From positions 434,001 to 498,000 of the IMG/VR virus record IMGVR_UViG_3300034072_000758: a stretch of 64,000 bases of DNA; one strand, written 5' to 3'. Both the position numbers and the translations under genes were made by a program. The stretch's first letter is position 1, and each line of letters opens with the position of its first letter. Below, one piece after another: positions 63,871 through 64,000 of the stretch. The notes under the pieces are model-generated. The model was not told the DNA's origin and ran no database searches. It saw nothing but the letters and a program-made list of their open reading frames with translations.

Positions 63871-64000
63871 CCATACTTTCTCATTGACAAACAAAATATA
63901 CAAAATATAGTCTCCTATTAGTTAATTCTATTGGGAGACCTTTTTATGTCCAAAACCTTCAAATTCGACGTGTTCTTCAAGGCTTCGGCTGGCGCAAAAG

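Noticed and set aside
1-64000. Stop-codon reassignment as in some jumbo phages
   Set aside because: Conserved genes are full length in code 11 and use TAA, TAG and TGA as stops; no clear suppressor tRNA was found (the 117-nt RNA is ambiguous).

Overview
This is a 64-kb segment of a large, T4-related (jumbo myovirus-like) phage genome using the standard genetic code. The host is probably an alphaproteobacterium, likely Caulobacterales; this is inferred from the TorF-type porin, DUF4170 and host-like CysRS/AspRS/SerRS/NadE. Virion genes (baseplate/fibre proteins, two neck proteins, collagen fibre, scaffold-like protein) and replication genes (NrdA, gp32-like SSB, UvsX, UvsY, PD-(D/E)XK nuclease) are interleaved with host-takeover genes. 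The latter include three aminoacyl-tRNA synthetases, glutamine-dependent NAD synthetase, an M16 peptidase, SPFH protein, K+ channel, lipase, porin, GH19 endolysin, a nucleotidyltransferase and a minimal ligase, plus 18 tRNA genes and several tRNA-like RNAs. The standout is a minus-strand tRNA array (43.4-45.4 kb) encoding only Leu, Arg, Lys and Trp tRNAs. It sits behind a 21-codon leader peptide (MFALRLKLLRKWLRRPKGGTV) whose codons 4-17 are 13/14 Leu/Arg/Lys/Trp. The leader has mutually exclusive 1:2, 2:3 antiterminator and 3:4 terminator helices, i.e. a classic ribosome-coupled attenuator that would switch on the phage tRNAs when those host tRNAs fail. The array also holds four tRNA-Lys genes (two with long variable arms) and two oversized tRNA-like RNAs. 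Nearby is a separate ~460-nt non-coding transcript with three T-loop hairpins. All tRNA and RNA-structure calls were folded by eye; protein calls rest on motif recognition, not database searches.
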